From a virus (Duplodnaviria > Caudoviricetes): a DNA stretch of 42,790 nucleotides. The notes under the pieces were generated by a model. It had not been told where the DNA came from. It saw nothing but the letters and a program-made list of their open reading frames with translations, and ran no database searches. Below, piece by piece: positions 1 through 9,322 of this stretch. The position numbers and the translations under genes are program-made. The DNA lies in IMG/VR virus record IMGVR_UViG_3300048855_000179, positions 1 to 42,790 of that record; one strand, 5' to 3'. Positions within the stretch are counted from its first letter, which is position 1; each line of letters starts with the position of its first letter.

Positions 1-312
1 TCAGCTCCCTTGCTCCGGCGGCGCAGCGACCGCAGAGCGCCACACCCACGCGCTGACGAGCTGCCCGTTCCGCATCCTCCACTGCACCTGCACGGCGTGG
101 TCGTTCCAGGCGATCGCTTCACAGCGCGGGCGCACGGTCGCTTCGTGGAACCGCACCCACGCCTCCACCGGCACAGGCTTGGCCGGCGTGGTAATCGGGT
201 GCCGCTCAGCGTCGACCTCGGCGGGCGTCAGCGAGACCGGTTGTGGGCGGGTGACGGCTTCCTCGATCTCGCGGTCGATCGCGTGCCCGGGGTAGCGACG
301 GTTCTGGCCCAT
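1..312 (-). CDS. Hypothetical protein, SOS(LexA)-regulated moron
   Basis: 103-aa ORF; -10 TAATAT 7 nt before ATG (leaderless); SOS box overlaps promoter. Confidence 0.75.
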   Translation of the reverse strand: MGQNRRYPGHAIDREIEEAVTRPQPVSLTPAEVDAERHPITTPAKPVPVEAWVRFHEATVRPRCEAIAWNDHAVQVQWRMRNGQLVSAWVWRSAVAAPPEQGS

Positions 313-323
313 GCGCCCGATAT

Positions 324-339
324 TAGAACATGTGTTCGA
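324..339. promoter_or_regulatory. LexA (SOS) box
   Basis: TAGAAC-ATGT-GTTCGA matches actinobacterial TCGAAC-N4-GTTCGA with one mismatch; overlaps the -10 of ORF 1..312. Confidence 0.8.
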
Positions 340-405
340 AACACGCCCAAGCGAATATGACGATCGCGACTAGATTTCACACCACGGTGCAGGGGCTCAG
401 ATTCT

Positions 406-951
406 TCATCGCGATGCCGACCTGTCCGTCCGCTGACCCGCCTTGTAGACGAGGCCAGCGAGGACGGCATTCACGAACAGGAGGGCACCTAGAACACCGA
501 TCAGCACGGACCCCGGAGCGGTGGTTGGCTTCGGTGCGGTCCCACCGACCGGATTCACCACCACGACAGTCGAGCCGTTTCCGGGCGTCGTGTCTACAGC
601 TGGTACGGTGACCACCGGCGTCTTGGAGCTCCGGTATCGGAGAATCTTGGTGACCACACCAATTCCGATCAGCAGGGCCATAGTGCAGCCCCATGCAATC
701 CAGAACGTGGTTGTCGGGTCCCATTTGAAGGTGACCATCGCTACCCACACCACCAGAGTGGCTGCGGCAATCTTGAAACCCGCACGTAGCAGCGCCAAGG
801 CGTCCGCCAGCCGAGGCGCACCCTTCACATCCGATGTCTCCCCGATCTGCTCGAGCAGGTCAGCAAAGAACACGAGCCCAGCGATGATGATGGTCCCCGT
901 AGCTATGGTGAGCTCCGGCGATCCAGGTTCGAACGTCATAAATTCCCCCAT
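406..951 (-). CDS. Multi-pass membrane protein (moron)
   Basis: 181 aa, about four hydrophobic segments, visibly lower GC than neighbouring genes. Confidence 0.75.
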   Translation of the reverse strand: MGEFMTFEPGSPELTIATGTIIIAGLVFFADLLEQIGETSDVKGAPRLADALALLRAGFKIAAATLVVWVAMVTFKWDPTTTFWIAWGCTMALLIGIGVVTKILRYRSSKTPVVTVPAVDTTPGNGSTVVVVNPVGGTAPKPTTAPGSVLIGVLGALLFVNAVLAGLVYKAGQRTDRSASR

Positions 952-1193
952 GGTCTAGATGCAAGCCTGATCGGCTCTACCCCGGCTCGAATGTAGCGGA
1001 GACGAGGCCCGAAGTGTCATCTGGACATGGGTGGGAGAGCCGGTTCGTTGGGGCCCGGCTCTCCCTGAGCGTCAGTGCTCACAGGTCCGACCCTGACTGA
1101 TGCTCGAGGACGGAGGACGCTGCCGTTGCAGGAAAGCGACCCCCGTCGTCGACGATCGTAGCGCTTGGCGAAGCGGCCACGGAAGTGCGCGAT

Positions 1194-1403
1194 TTACTCG
1201 GCGGGTCGGTGCCAGTCGTTGGCGCAGGTGCATTCCACAGGCAGGTCGGAAAGCGCGTCCTGTTCAAGCTCGGCGTGCGAGCAGACCGGCCGCTTGCGGA
1301 AGAACGTCTTGCGGGATGGCTCGCTGTGCCCGCAGTTTGGGCAGGCGGGCTGCCGTGCGGTACCGACGAATGGTGTCGTCGTATCGGTGTTCTCGATGGT
1401 CAC
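1194..1403 (-). CDS. Small Cys/His-rich protein
   Basis: CPNC...CSH...CTC..WH motifs, 69 aa. Confidence 0.5.
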   Translation of the reverse strand: MTIENTDTTTPFVGTARQPACPNCGHSEPSRKTFFRKRPVCSHAELEQDALSDLPVECTCANDWHRPAE

Positions 1404-1552
1404 TTTGTCCCCTACGCGGAAGGCGATGCTTCAACGCGTCGGCCCGTGATTCACGCTAGCGGGGCGACGGCGGGGTTGAGCGGGTGATGCGAGGGTGAGA
1501 GCGCGGGTGAATCTGAAATGCGCCTGACCGCTACTACGGCCTAAGCGAGCAG

Positions 1553-2380
1553 CTAGTCGGTCTTCACGACGACGCGCGGCACGGTGATTGCCTCGTAAAG
1601 CTTGTCGGCGAGGAACTGGTGTCCCTCGTTCCCCGGGTGGCCTCGCTCAGCGACAACGACGGTCCCGATGTTGGACTCGTTGATCCACGGGCTGTCGCCG
1701 ACCGGGTTGACGAATTTCACCTCGTGCGACCGGGCGACGTTCGCTCCCGCGTTGGCGACGTCGCGAAGCCATGCGTTCATTGGCCAGGACCGATTGAACG
1801 GGCCGAGGATGACGATCTGCGCGTTCGGGTACTTCGCCTGCAGCGACTCGACGCTGCGGTTCATCGCGGTGTACAGCGCGGGCATGTCGAGTTCGGCCTC
1901 GACGTCGTTGATGCCGCCTTCGAGGAAGATCAGCGCCGGGTTGATCGCCGGGTCAAGGGCATCGACGTGGTCGGGCAGGAGCCCCTGCTCTGGACGTGAC
2001 GAGCGGGTGTAGCCGGACCCGGGGTGGCCGTCGACGACGGGAACCCACCCGGCGCGGGCGGAAAGCATCTGCGGGAACCCCATGCCGGGGTCAGCGACCT
2101 CGCCGGCAACCCAGGAGTCGCCGATGAACAGCACGGTGGAGCCGGCTGGCGGCATCTCGATGATCGGCTTCAACTCGGGAGTCGCGATCGGCACCGGCGT
2201 CGTGTACTTCGCGGCGTCAGCAACACGCTGAGCGTTCGCGGCGTCCCGGTTCATCTGCACCGACACCATCACGCCGAAGGCGATGACGGCTACCGCCAGT
2301 GCTGCAGCTACTGCGACTCGGCCGAGCGTGCGGCGCCGCTTCGCTTCTGCACTGTGCCCACGGTCCCTCTTTTTCCCCAT
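1553..2380 (-). CDS. Membrane-anchored SGNH/GDSL hydrolase (moron)
   Basis: Basic N-terminus plus TM helix; blocks FIGDSW, GSGY, GGIND, GHP; -10 TACCGT 6 nt before ATG. Confidence 0.9.
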   Translation of the reverse strand: MGKKRDRGHSAEAKRRRTLGRVAVAAALAVAVIAFGVMVSVQMNRDAANAQRVADAAKYTTPVPIATPELKPIIEMPPAGSTVLFIGDSWVAGEVADPGMGFPQMLSARAGWVPVVDGHPGSGYTRSSRPEQGLLPDHVDALDPAINPALIFLEGGINDVEAELDMPALYTAMNRSVESLQAKYPNAQIVILGPFNRSWPMNAWLRDVANAGANVARSHEVKFVNPVGDSPWINESNIGTVVVAERGHPGNEGHQFLADKLYEAITVPRVVVKTD

Positions 2381-2422
2381 GCCACAACGGTACTCGATGC
2401 TCACGGACTGATTCGGACGCAG

Positions 2423-2463
2423 CAAAAGCCCCCGGCCGACCCGTGAAGGTCGAGCCGGGGGCT
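2423..2463 (-). terminator. Intrinsic terminator ending the late/lysis operon
   Basis: AGCCCCCGGC...GCCGGGGGCT stem followed by TTTG on the minus strand. Confidence 0.8.
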
Positions 2464-2495
2464 CAGGGATCTGTGCAGATCGGTTCGATGCTAGC

Positions 2496-2777
2496 TCAGC
2501 CCGCGTGCTTCGCGGGCGAGTCCTCGGTGTACGACGACGGTGACTTCGCGAGGCCCAGCAGCCACCCGAGCTTCGGGGTGACGTACGTCTCGAGGATGCG
2601 CACGGCGATGTAGTAGAGCCCGGAGAACGCGAGGGTGAGCGCGGACCCGAGGAGCGGCTCGAACTGCTCGTCGAGGGTGATCCCGGACGACACGGCGAAC
2701 GAGATGACGGCGCCGACGATGATCGGGACGAGGGTACGGACGATGGACGCCCAGAGGGCGCTGAGTGCGGTGTTCAT
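2496..2777 (-). CDS. Holin-like membrane protein
   Basis: 93 aa, 2 TM segments (SIVRTLVP...YYIAVRILE), end of lysis cassette. Confidence 0.75.
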   Translation of the reverse strand: MNTALSALWASIVRTLVPIIVGAVISFAVSSGITLDEQFEPLLGSALTLAFSGLYYIAVRILETYVTPKLGWLLGLAKSPSSYTEDSPAKHAG

Positions 2778-3229
2778 GCGAGATCCTTCTTTCGTGGTTT
2801 GGCCTCGATGTCGAGGACGCGGGGGTCGCCCCGGCGCCAGTTGCGCCAGAGCTCGCCGACGAGGCGGATGGAGGAGATTGCGAGCCAGGTGTAGATGACG
2901 TCGCGGGCGAGCCAGCGGAAGGGATACTCCTGAGAGACGAGGCGCGCGAGGATGACGAGCACGAGCACGGCGGTGAGTGCGAGGGTGAACTGGAACAGCG
3001 CCCGGCCTGCCTGGGTCTTCCGCCAGTTGAAGAAGCCGCCGTACGAGGCCGCGAAGATCGCGACGCCGATCCCGGCGACGAGCACGGCACCGTCTCCGTA
3101 GGCGATGATCCACTCGCCGAGTGGGCCGGTGGGGTAGGCGAGGAAGTCGAGGGCTGAGAGCAGCCACACGGCCGTGTCTCGGCCTGCCTCGAGTGCCGCT
3201 TCCCAGAGTGCCCAGGTGATGTAGATCAT
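2774..3229 (-). CDS. Putative holin / membrane protein
   Basis: 151 aa, 3 TM segments, lysis cassette, ATGA overlaps. Confidence 0.7.
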   Translation of the reverse strand: MIYITWALWEAALEAGRDTAVWLLSALDFLAYPTGPLGEWIIAYGDGAVLVAGIGVAIFAASYGGFFNWRKTQAGRALFQFTLALTAVLVLVILARLVSQEYPFRWLARDVIYTWLAISSIRLVGELWRNWRRGDPRVLDIEAKPRKKDLA

Positions 3230-3423
3230 GCGGTCCTCCGGGTGAATGTGATCTGGACTTCTTCGCCGAACGGGTCGACCTGTCGGCGTTGCACGACTGC
3301 GGAGATGATGCCTTCGTCACTGCGCAGCTCGGCGCGCTGGTTGCGCGCCTCCTCGCGGAGGCGGCGGGCCTCGTCGATGTCGTCGTTGATGGCGTCCAGG
3401 GTCTTCTTCTTGCCCCAGCGCAT
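3226..3423 (-). CDS. Small lysis-cassette protein
   Basis: MRWGKKK... short helical protein, translationally coupled to neighbours. Confidence 0.6.
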   Translation of the reverse strand: MRWGKKKTLDAINDDIDEARRLREEARNQRAELRSDEGIISAVVQRRQVDPFGEEVQITFTRRTA

Positions 3424-3683
3424 CAGCCGACTCCACGGATCTGGTCCGCCGCCTGTTTCGATGGCAATACCACCGAGCGCGACTCGAGCTCGCGGATAGT
3501 GGATCGGTACTCGAGAGCGGTTTCTTTCCACTCGTCGCCTCGCTTCTTCTCGGCCGCCGTGATTTCCACGTGCTGCGATCGGGTGAGGAGGCGACCGGTG
3601 GCGAGCATCCAGAAGAGCAGGATGAGGAGACCGATTAGCCCCGCGATGGGAGAGATCGACCACAGGCCGGGGAGTTCAGGCAC
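3423..3683 (-). CDS. Single-TM lysis-cassette protein
   Basis: TM helix then ATGRLLTR and a coiled-coil; directly after the endolysin. Confidence 0.65.
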   Translation of the reverse strand: MPELPGLWSISPIAGLIGLLILLFWMLATGRLLTRSQHVEITAAEKKRGDEWKETALEYRSTIRELESRSVVLPSKQAADQIRGVG

Positions 3684-3705
3684 GGTGGCCGCCTCTCTGT
3701 GGTGG

Positions 3706-4575
3706 TCAGACCGTGACGCTGATGCCGACCTCGGCGAGCGCCGCCTTCTCGGCGAGGATCGAGGGCTTGGTGGCGAGTTTCTCGCGGGCCGCGGCCTCGA
3801 TCGCTTCGGGTGCCGGGGTTGCGGCGGCGCCGATGACGTCGGTCGGGATCGCTGCAACGAGCTCGCCGAGGTCGACGGTCTCGGCGCGGGTGAGGAGGCC
3901 GCCGTTCTTCTGGGCCTTCTCGACGAGGGCGGTCAGGTTGCCGACCATCTGGCGGAGGCCGCCCTTCTCGTCAGTGGTGGCCCACAGGATGAGGTCGGCC
4001 TTGCCGAGCAGCGCGTCGAGCTTCTGGTTGATCGTGTAGGCGCTCAGTTCGACGCGGCCCACAGCGCCGAGGACGATGTTGTCGCGGTAGCGGTCGAGGT
4101 CGGTGTACATGTCATCCTCCGGGATGTCGGTGTCGGATGCCGGGACGGCGTTGCCGCCAGCGAGGGGTGCGCCGCGAGCGGCCATGAAGCCGCGAGGGTC
4201 GACAGGACTGTCGGCGTCGGCGTCGAGGTGGGTCTCGAAGTGGACGTGCGTGCCGGTTGACGCGCCCGTGGTGCCGGCCAGGGCGGCGAGTTCGCCCTGC
4301 ACGACTCGATCGCCTGCGCTGACGCGGAGGCTGGTGTTGTGGAAGTACTTCGTCTTCGAGCCGTCGCCGTGGCGGATGTGGGCCGAGTTGCCCTCGCCGC
4401 CGTTGTAGCCAGCCCAGGTGACCGTGCCGGCGGATGCGGCGTAGACGGGCTGGTTGGGGTATGCGGCGAGGTCGATGCCGCGGTGCAGCCTGCGGTCGTT
4501 GTAGATGGGGTGGATGCGCCAGCCGAATTCGTCGGTGACGCGGAGGGTGGTCAGGGGCCAGGCCCATCCGCTCAT
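3706..4575 (-). CDS. Endolysin, M23 peptidase
   Basis: FGWRIHPI...HRGID, YFH, STGTHVHFE M23 motifs; precedes membrane genes. Confidence 0.9.
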   Translation of the reverse strand: MSGWAWPLTTLRVTDEFGWRIHPIYNDRRLHRGIDLAAYPNQPVYAASAGTVTWAGYNGGEGNSAHIRHGDGSKTKYFHNTSLRVSAGDRVVQGELAALAGTTGASTGTHVHFETHLDADADSPVDPRGFMAARGAPLAGGNAVPASDTDIPEDDMYTDLDRYRDNIVLGAVGRVELSAYTINQKLDALLGKADLILWATTDEKGGLRQMVGNLTALVEKAQKNGGLLTRAETVDLGELVAAIPTDVIGAAATPAPEAIEAAAREKLATKPSILAEKAALAEVGISVTV

Positions 4576-4880
4576 CGCTTCGCCTCCCAGTCGGGGTCGA
4601 TCTCGGAGTAGGGCGGCAGCGTCTGCACGATGGTGCCCTTCATGGTGTCAACGAGCACGGCGTCGAAGTCGACCTCGGTGCTCGAGCGGGACGGGTCGTC
4701 GGTGCGCTGGTAGAGCACTTCGACGGGCACGAGGCCGGCAGTGCCGCCGACCTCGCGCGCGAATGCGACGATGCGGGCGTTCTGCGCCTGGCCCTGCGCG
4801 AAGCCCTCGTCGGTGCCATTCAGTGCCCCGTCGTGGGCGAGTGTGATCCGGTGTGCGGGATCGGGGATGCGCTGCTGCAT
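4572..4880 (-). CDS. Hypothetical protein
   Basis: ORF with RBS (AAGGAG); ATGA overlap with the endolysin. Confidence 0.6.
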   Translation of the reverse strand: MQQRIPDPAHRITLAHDGALNGTDEGFAQGQAQNARIVAFAREVGGTAGLVPVEVLYQRTDDPSRSSTEVDFDAVLVDTMKGTIVQTLPPYSEIDPDWEAKR

Positions 4881-4935
4881 GGTTGACTCCTTCTGTGAGA
4901 TGCCCGCGGGATGGACCGAGTTCGCTCTTGACGCA

Positions 4936-6657
4936 CTAGGCGGGGATGCTGGAGGCCAGTGCTGCGTGGAGAGTGGCGACTTCACCGGCCGTAGCAGCGT
5001 GATCCAGCACGGCGGCGTCGGCGACGAGCGTGCCGAGCGCCGAGTACCCCTGGATGTTCATCACGCCGCTGATCGTCGCCGCCGCGAGGCTGCCGGTCGC
5101 GACCGAGACGCCATCGATGTAGATCACCGAGGAGGACCCGTTGAACACGCCGATGATGGTGTGCCATCCGACGGAGGGGGTGGTGGCCATGCCCAGCCCG
5201 GCGGCGCCGTTCCACAACCGCACACGGCCGGTGGACTGCAGCGAGATGATGCCCGAGGTGCCGGCAGTGCCGATGAACCGGCGCTCCGCCGTGTCCGCTG
5301 CCGCCCACCGCACGGTGATACCGACGGTGTAGGCGTTGTCCGGTGCGTCCCAGCTGGCCGACGATGCCGAGTCGTTCGCGGACACGCCGAGGTCGACGTA
5401 CCGCTTCCCGCCGGCCTGCCGAAGCTTCGGGGTCCCGCCGATCGTCGTCAGCGAGTGCGCCCCCGTCTGGTCCGGCCAACTGACGATCGTCTCGTCGGGG
5501 CGGCCGGTGATGAGGTTCGCGTGGTACCGGCTGATGATCCCCGAAACTCCCAGCGAGGGCGTCGGGTCCGCCGGAATCGGCTCCGTCGTCGGAGTGACGC
5601 CCGGGATGAACGCGTGAGCCGCGACGAGGCGGGTGACCTTCGGACGCAGCGCCAGCATGTACCCGGACGTGTTCAGGTGCGTCCCGTCCGAGCGCAGCTG
5701 CCGCGGGATGACGTCTGCTGCGATGTCGGTGAGGTCATCCGCTGTTGCGGTGAGGCCGGCCTGCGTGAGGCCCAGGTTGACCAGCCACTTCCGAATGTCG
5801 AAGAACCTGTCGCCGTGACGGGCGGCGAGGACCGAGTTGATCGCGACGATGGTGTTGTAGTTCGCCGAGCCGCGAGGCTCGCTGCTGGTGTTCGTGACAC
5901 CGAGCACGACGTACCGCTGGCCGAGGCTGATCGCGCGGCGCACGATCAGGTCGGTGTCCCGGATGATCAGCTGCGGGTCGAGGCCGTCGAGGAAGTTGTT
6001 GCGACCGACCCAGATGCCCCACACCCGGTTCCGGTAGTTGTCGGTCGCGGTGCAGTGGAAAGTCAGGCTCGATGCCGCGAGCGGCCCGGTCAACCCGGTG
6101 GGGGTGACGGTCCAATAGTGCGAGCTGCCCTGCACGTGCGTGATGGTGCAGTCGAACGTGGCCCCGGCGTTGGTGGTCGCGACGCCCGTCCAGGTGGAGT
6201 TCGCGCCGGACCCGCTTCGAAACGCACCGGTCGTGGTCAAGTTGATGCCCGTGGCCCCGTTGGCGTTGATGGTGCCGCCTGTGACGGTGAAGCCGAGATC
6301 GAGCGCCCCAGCGGTCACCGCGATGTCAGAGGAGGCGCGGCCACGGATGCCCGTGTTGAACCACGGCACGCCCAGGTCTGAGCCCACGCCGGCCACCCAC
6401 GGGACGGTGATGCCACCCTCGCCCTGCCCCTCGGACAGAGAGTCGCCCACCCAGAGGCCAGCATCGACAGGCGCGGTCAGCGCAAGCGCTGCGGCGCGAG
6501 TCTTCGACGGCGATTCCAAGTAGGAGGCGATGCCGGAATCGGCGGGTACGGCGCCGATGCCGGGCAGCCCCTGGGGCCCCTGAGCTCCATCGATGCCGCG
6601 GGGACCGAGGTCGCCCTGAGGGCCCTTGAGGTTGCCGATCTTCCGATACGACGCCAT
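4936..6657 (-). CDS. Tail fibre / receptor-binding protein with SGNH esterase and LamG-like domains
   Basis: Short Gly-X-Y collagen-like N-terminus; VGDSL, GIRG, GRNN, DGTH blocks; C-terminal WHTIIGVFNG..IYIDG. Confidence 0.8.
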   Translation of the reverse strand: MASYRKIGNLKGPQGDLGPRGIDGAQGPQGLPGIGAVPADSGIASYLESPSKTRAAALALTAPVDAGLWVGDSLSEGQGEGGITVPWVAGVGSDLGVPWFNTGIRGRASSDIAVTAGALDLGFTVTGGTINANGATGINLTTTGAFRSGSGANSTWTGVATTNAGATFDCTITHVQGSSHYWTVTPTGLTGPLAASSLTFHCTATDNYRNRVWGIWVGRNNFLDGLDPQLIIRDTDLIVRRAISLGQRYVVLGVTNTSSEPRGSANYNTIVAINSVLAARHGDRFFDIRKWLVNLGLTQAGLTATADDLTDIAADVIPRQLRSDGTHLNTSGYMLALRPKVTRLVAAHAFIPGVTPTTEPIPADPTPSLGVSGIISRYHANLITGRPDETIVSWPDQTGAHSLTTIGGTPKLRQAGGKRYVDLGVSANDSASSASWDAPDNAYTVGITVRWAAADTAERRFIGTAGTSGIISLQSTGRVRLWNGAAGLGMATTPSVGWHTIIGVFNGSSSVIYIDGVSVATGSLAAATISGVMNIQGYSALGTLVADAAVLDHAATAGEVATLHAALASSIPA

Positions 6658-6658
6658 G

Positions 6659-7075
6659 TCAGTCCTGCCTTTCGTAGAGGTCGCCGGTGGAGGTGTTCAA
6701 CTGGAACCCGGCGTAGACGCCTGAGTCGACAGCGGTTGGGGAAGACCACACGAGGTCGTTGCCGACGACGGCCTGGATGAGATCCGAGATGGTGCCGTTC
6801 ACGTCAGGGACGTCGAACGGGGGAAGCTCGAAGAACGCGTCCTCACCGAGCCAGCCGCCGGTGAGCTTCACCTGGCGCCGCGGAACCATGCCGACCGTCG
6901 TCTCCAAGGTGACGGAGAACGAACCGTCCGATGCTGGCGTTACCCGAACGGAACCGGCCGTGATGCCGTTAGCTCGGTTCACCCCCGCCCCTTGGATGGT
7001 GAACACCAGTTCCGGCATGAGGCCGGCCCGTGGGTCGATGCCGATCGTCTTCAGGTTGCCGGTGAAGGTGGGCAT
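6659..7075 (-). CDS. Minor tail protein
   Basis: Position; beta-rich sequence typical of a fibre anchor. Confidence 0.65.
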   Translation of the reverse strand: MPTFTGNLKTIGIDPRAGLMPELVFTIQGAGVNRANGITAGSVRVTPASDGSFSVTLETTVGMVPRRQVKLTGGWLGEDAFFELPPFDVPDVNGTISDLIQAVVGNDLVWSSPTAVDSGVYAGFQLNTSTGDLYERQD

Positions 7076-7086
7076 CAGGCCTCCAG

Positions 7087-7569
7087 TCAGGTGGTGCGGT
7101 GAAGTCGGTAACCGCCGAGCGCGGCGAGCACCCAGCGGAGGTTGCCGCCGTTGAGGTTGGCCATGATGTAGGCGTACGGATCGAACGTGTTGCCGCCGCC
7201 GATATACGCGGTCGGGGAGTCCGACATGGTGACGTGCAGGTGCGGGCCGGTCGACGCGGTGCCGGTGGTGCCAACGAGGCCGACGATCTGCCCGATGCTG
7301 ACCGTGTCACCAACAGCGGCGGTCGCGGGGCCGGCCATGTGGAGGAAGGCCCAGTAGAGGCCGTTGCTCATCTGCACGACGACACAGTTACCGGTGCCAG
7401 CGTTGAAACCGACGTAGACGACGACGCCGCTCGAGATCGCCGGGATCGGCGTACCTTCTGGCATCGGCCAGTCCGAGCCGGTGTGCGGTTGCGTGCGAGG
7501 CGGTGCACTGTTTCCGTACGGGTCGGTCTCGTCGTAGTTGCCGGGGAACGGGTCGATCAGCTGGACCAT
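7087..7569 (-). CDS. Second M23 peptidase in the tail module
   Basis: HTGSD, FLH, STGPHLH motifs. Confidence 0.85.
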   Translation of the reverse strand: MVQLIDPFPGNYDETDPYGNSAPPRTQPHTGSDWPMPEGTPIPAISSGVVVYVGFNAGTGNCVVVQMSNGLYWAFLHMAGPATAAVGDTVSIGQIVGLVGTTGTASTGPHLHVTMSDSPTAYIGGGNTFDPYAYIMANLNGGNLRWVLAALGGYRLHRTT

Positions 7570-8252
7570 CAGTCCGCCGTCTTGCCGAGACGCCCGTCAT
7601 CTCCGGCGACCGCGTTCGCGTCGTCCGACACGGTCGGCAGGTTGTGGGCGAACACGGCGCCGTAAAAGTGGATGCCCTCTTCGTCGATGACGATTGCGCT
7701 TCCGCCGAGCTGTAGCTTCGCCTCCGTGTCGGAGATCTCCACGACCCCATTGCCCTTGTACACCTGGATGGTGTCGCCATTGGTGAAGACCTGCGCGCCG
7801 TTCTGGAACACGATCGCACCGGACTGGATGGTCGGATCGAAGACCATCGCCGTGCCGACGTAGATCTTGCCGTTCTCCTCGACCCGGAAGTCTCCGAGCA
7901 CTTTGGTGAGCGCACGGAACGTGGCCTCGGCGGTAACGTCGAGGGTCTTCGTGATCTTCACGTCGCCACCGAAGTCGGCGTCCGCTTCGACGTCGAGGGT
8001 GCCGTCCTCACCGGTGATCTCGACGGGGCCGCGGAAGGTGCTGCGCCCGGTCGCGGTGAACGGCCCGGTCAGGTCGAACGAACCGATCCACTCAAACACC
8101 GCGCCGGCGAGGCCCTGCAGCTTCCCGCCGATCCACTGCACGAGCCCGTTCGAGATCGACGACGACTCGAGCGGAGACCCCTTCTGCAGATCGTCAACGA
8201 TCCGCTCGAGTCGCGCGATGCGGTCTTCGTCCGGGTCAGGGATGCGAGGCAT
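7569..8252 (-). CDS. Minor tail protein
   Basis: N-terminal coiled-coil then beta-repeat sequence; position. Confidence 0.7.
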   Translation of the reverse strand: MPRIPDPDEDRIARLERIVDDLQKGSPLESSSISNGLVQWIGGKLQGLAGAVFEWIGSFDLTGPFTATGRSTFRGPVEITGEDGTLDVEADADFGGDVKITKTLDVTAEATFRALTKVLGDFRVEENGKIYVGTAMVFDPTIQSGAIVFQNGAQVFTNGDTIQVYKGNGVVEISDTEAKLQLGGSAIVIDEEGIHFYGAVFAHNLPTVSDDANAVAGDDGRLGKTAD

Positions 8253-9322
8253 CAGGCCACCTTCAGCGTGATCAGACCCGACTTGATGTCGCCCGAGTAG
8301 GCGACGACGCGCAGGTCGACGGATTCGGCCGGCCGCCAGTCATTCGCGGCCGTGTGGACGCGCACGTTCGACCCTGGTCGGGCGTACGGCAGCCACTTCG
8401 ACGCGATCACCGCGGCCGCGCGCTGCCGGATCGGCTCCTTGTAGAGGCGAATCTCCTCACGGGCGTGGGCGTCTAGGTCGCCCTGGTCTTCGAGCTGCGT
8501 GTACGAGCGCGTCACGTCGAGGGCGATGTAGCCGCCAGCGACCACACCGGACACGTCCTCGCCATGCTTCTTGATCTCGCCCGATCCCTTGCCGAGGGTG
8601 AACACCCCGGTTACCAGCTGCGAGAAGTCCGTCGTGAGATACCGCAGAAGCAGACTGCGGCGGCGGGAGGTGGCATCGAACTCGAAGTCCGGCCCGGTGA
8701 GGTACGGGTCGCCGACACGGAGCTCGTGCTTCAGGGTGCCATCGCTCGCCCAGTAGGGGCGGAAGTCGATGTCGGGCCCGTTCTCCGTGTTAGTGAGCTC
8801 GGTGATCGCCGCCTCGATGGTCTGGAACGCGAAGTTCTCGTACCGGCGGTTCTCGGTCCCGGCCTCCTCGTAGGCGGGGAACGTGACGGGCAGATCCCAC
8901 ACACCCGACCGCGCCCCCTGGGTGCCGACGAAGATCAGCTTGTAGACGATGCCGCGAAGCGACTGGTTCGTCGCGGTGAGCAGCCCGGTGGCGTACCCGC
9001 CGATGGGGAACGGGAGACGGCGCGACAGCACCGACCGGAACGTCGCGTGCGACACCGTCACCTGGTTCTTCGGGTAGTCGTAGTCGGTCTTCAGGATGAA
9101 CCCGGCGTAGACCACGACGTCGTCCCAGCAGACGACGAGCATGCGCCGCCACCCGTCGTACAGGTCGTTCCACTGCTGCCACGACAGAGTGTCGTTCAGC
9201 CGGAACACGTGGCTGCCCTGCGACACCCCATTGAGGGCCCGCTCCCACGACCCGGACACCGGCTTCACGAGCCGCTGCCGCACACCGGTCTGGGTGTCGA
9301 CGATCCAGGTGGAGTACGTCAT
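8252..9322 (-). CDS. Minor tail / baseplate hub protein
   Basis: Follows the Dit-like gene; NGPDIDFRP motif; start MTYSTW at an ATGA overlap. Confidence 0.75.
   Translation of the reverse strand: MTYSTWIVDTQTGVRQRLVKPVSGSWERALNGVSQGSHVFRLNDTLSWQQWNDLYDGWRRMLVVCWDDVVVYAGFILKTDYDYPKNQVTVSHATFRSVLSRRLPFPIGGYATGLLTATNQSLRGIVYKLIFVGTQGARSGVWDLPVTFPAYEEAGTENRRYENFAFQTIEAAITELTNTENGPDIDFRPYWASDGTLKHELRVGDPYLTGPDFEFDATSRRRSLLLRYLTTDFSQLVTGVFTLGKGSGEIKKHGEDVSGVVAGGYIALDVTRSYTQLEDQGDLDAHAREEIRLYKEPIRQRAAAVIASKWLPYARPGSNVRVHTAANDWRPAESVDLRVVAYSGDIKSGLITLKVA

Noticed and set aside
1033-1065. GGGAGAGCCGG hairpin between morons
   Set aside because: Could be a terminator or leader, but it has no U-tract or clear associated gene, so no call is supportable
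4936-6657. Diversity-generating retroelement or invertible tail-fibre switch
   Set aside because: No reverse transcriptase, template/variable repeat pair or invertase seen
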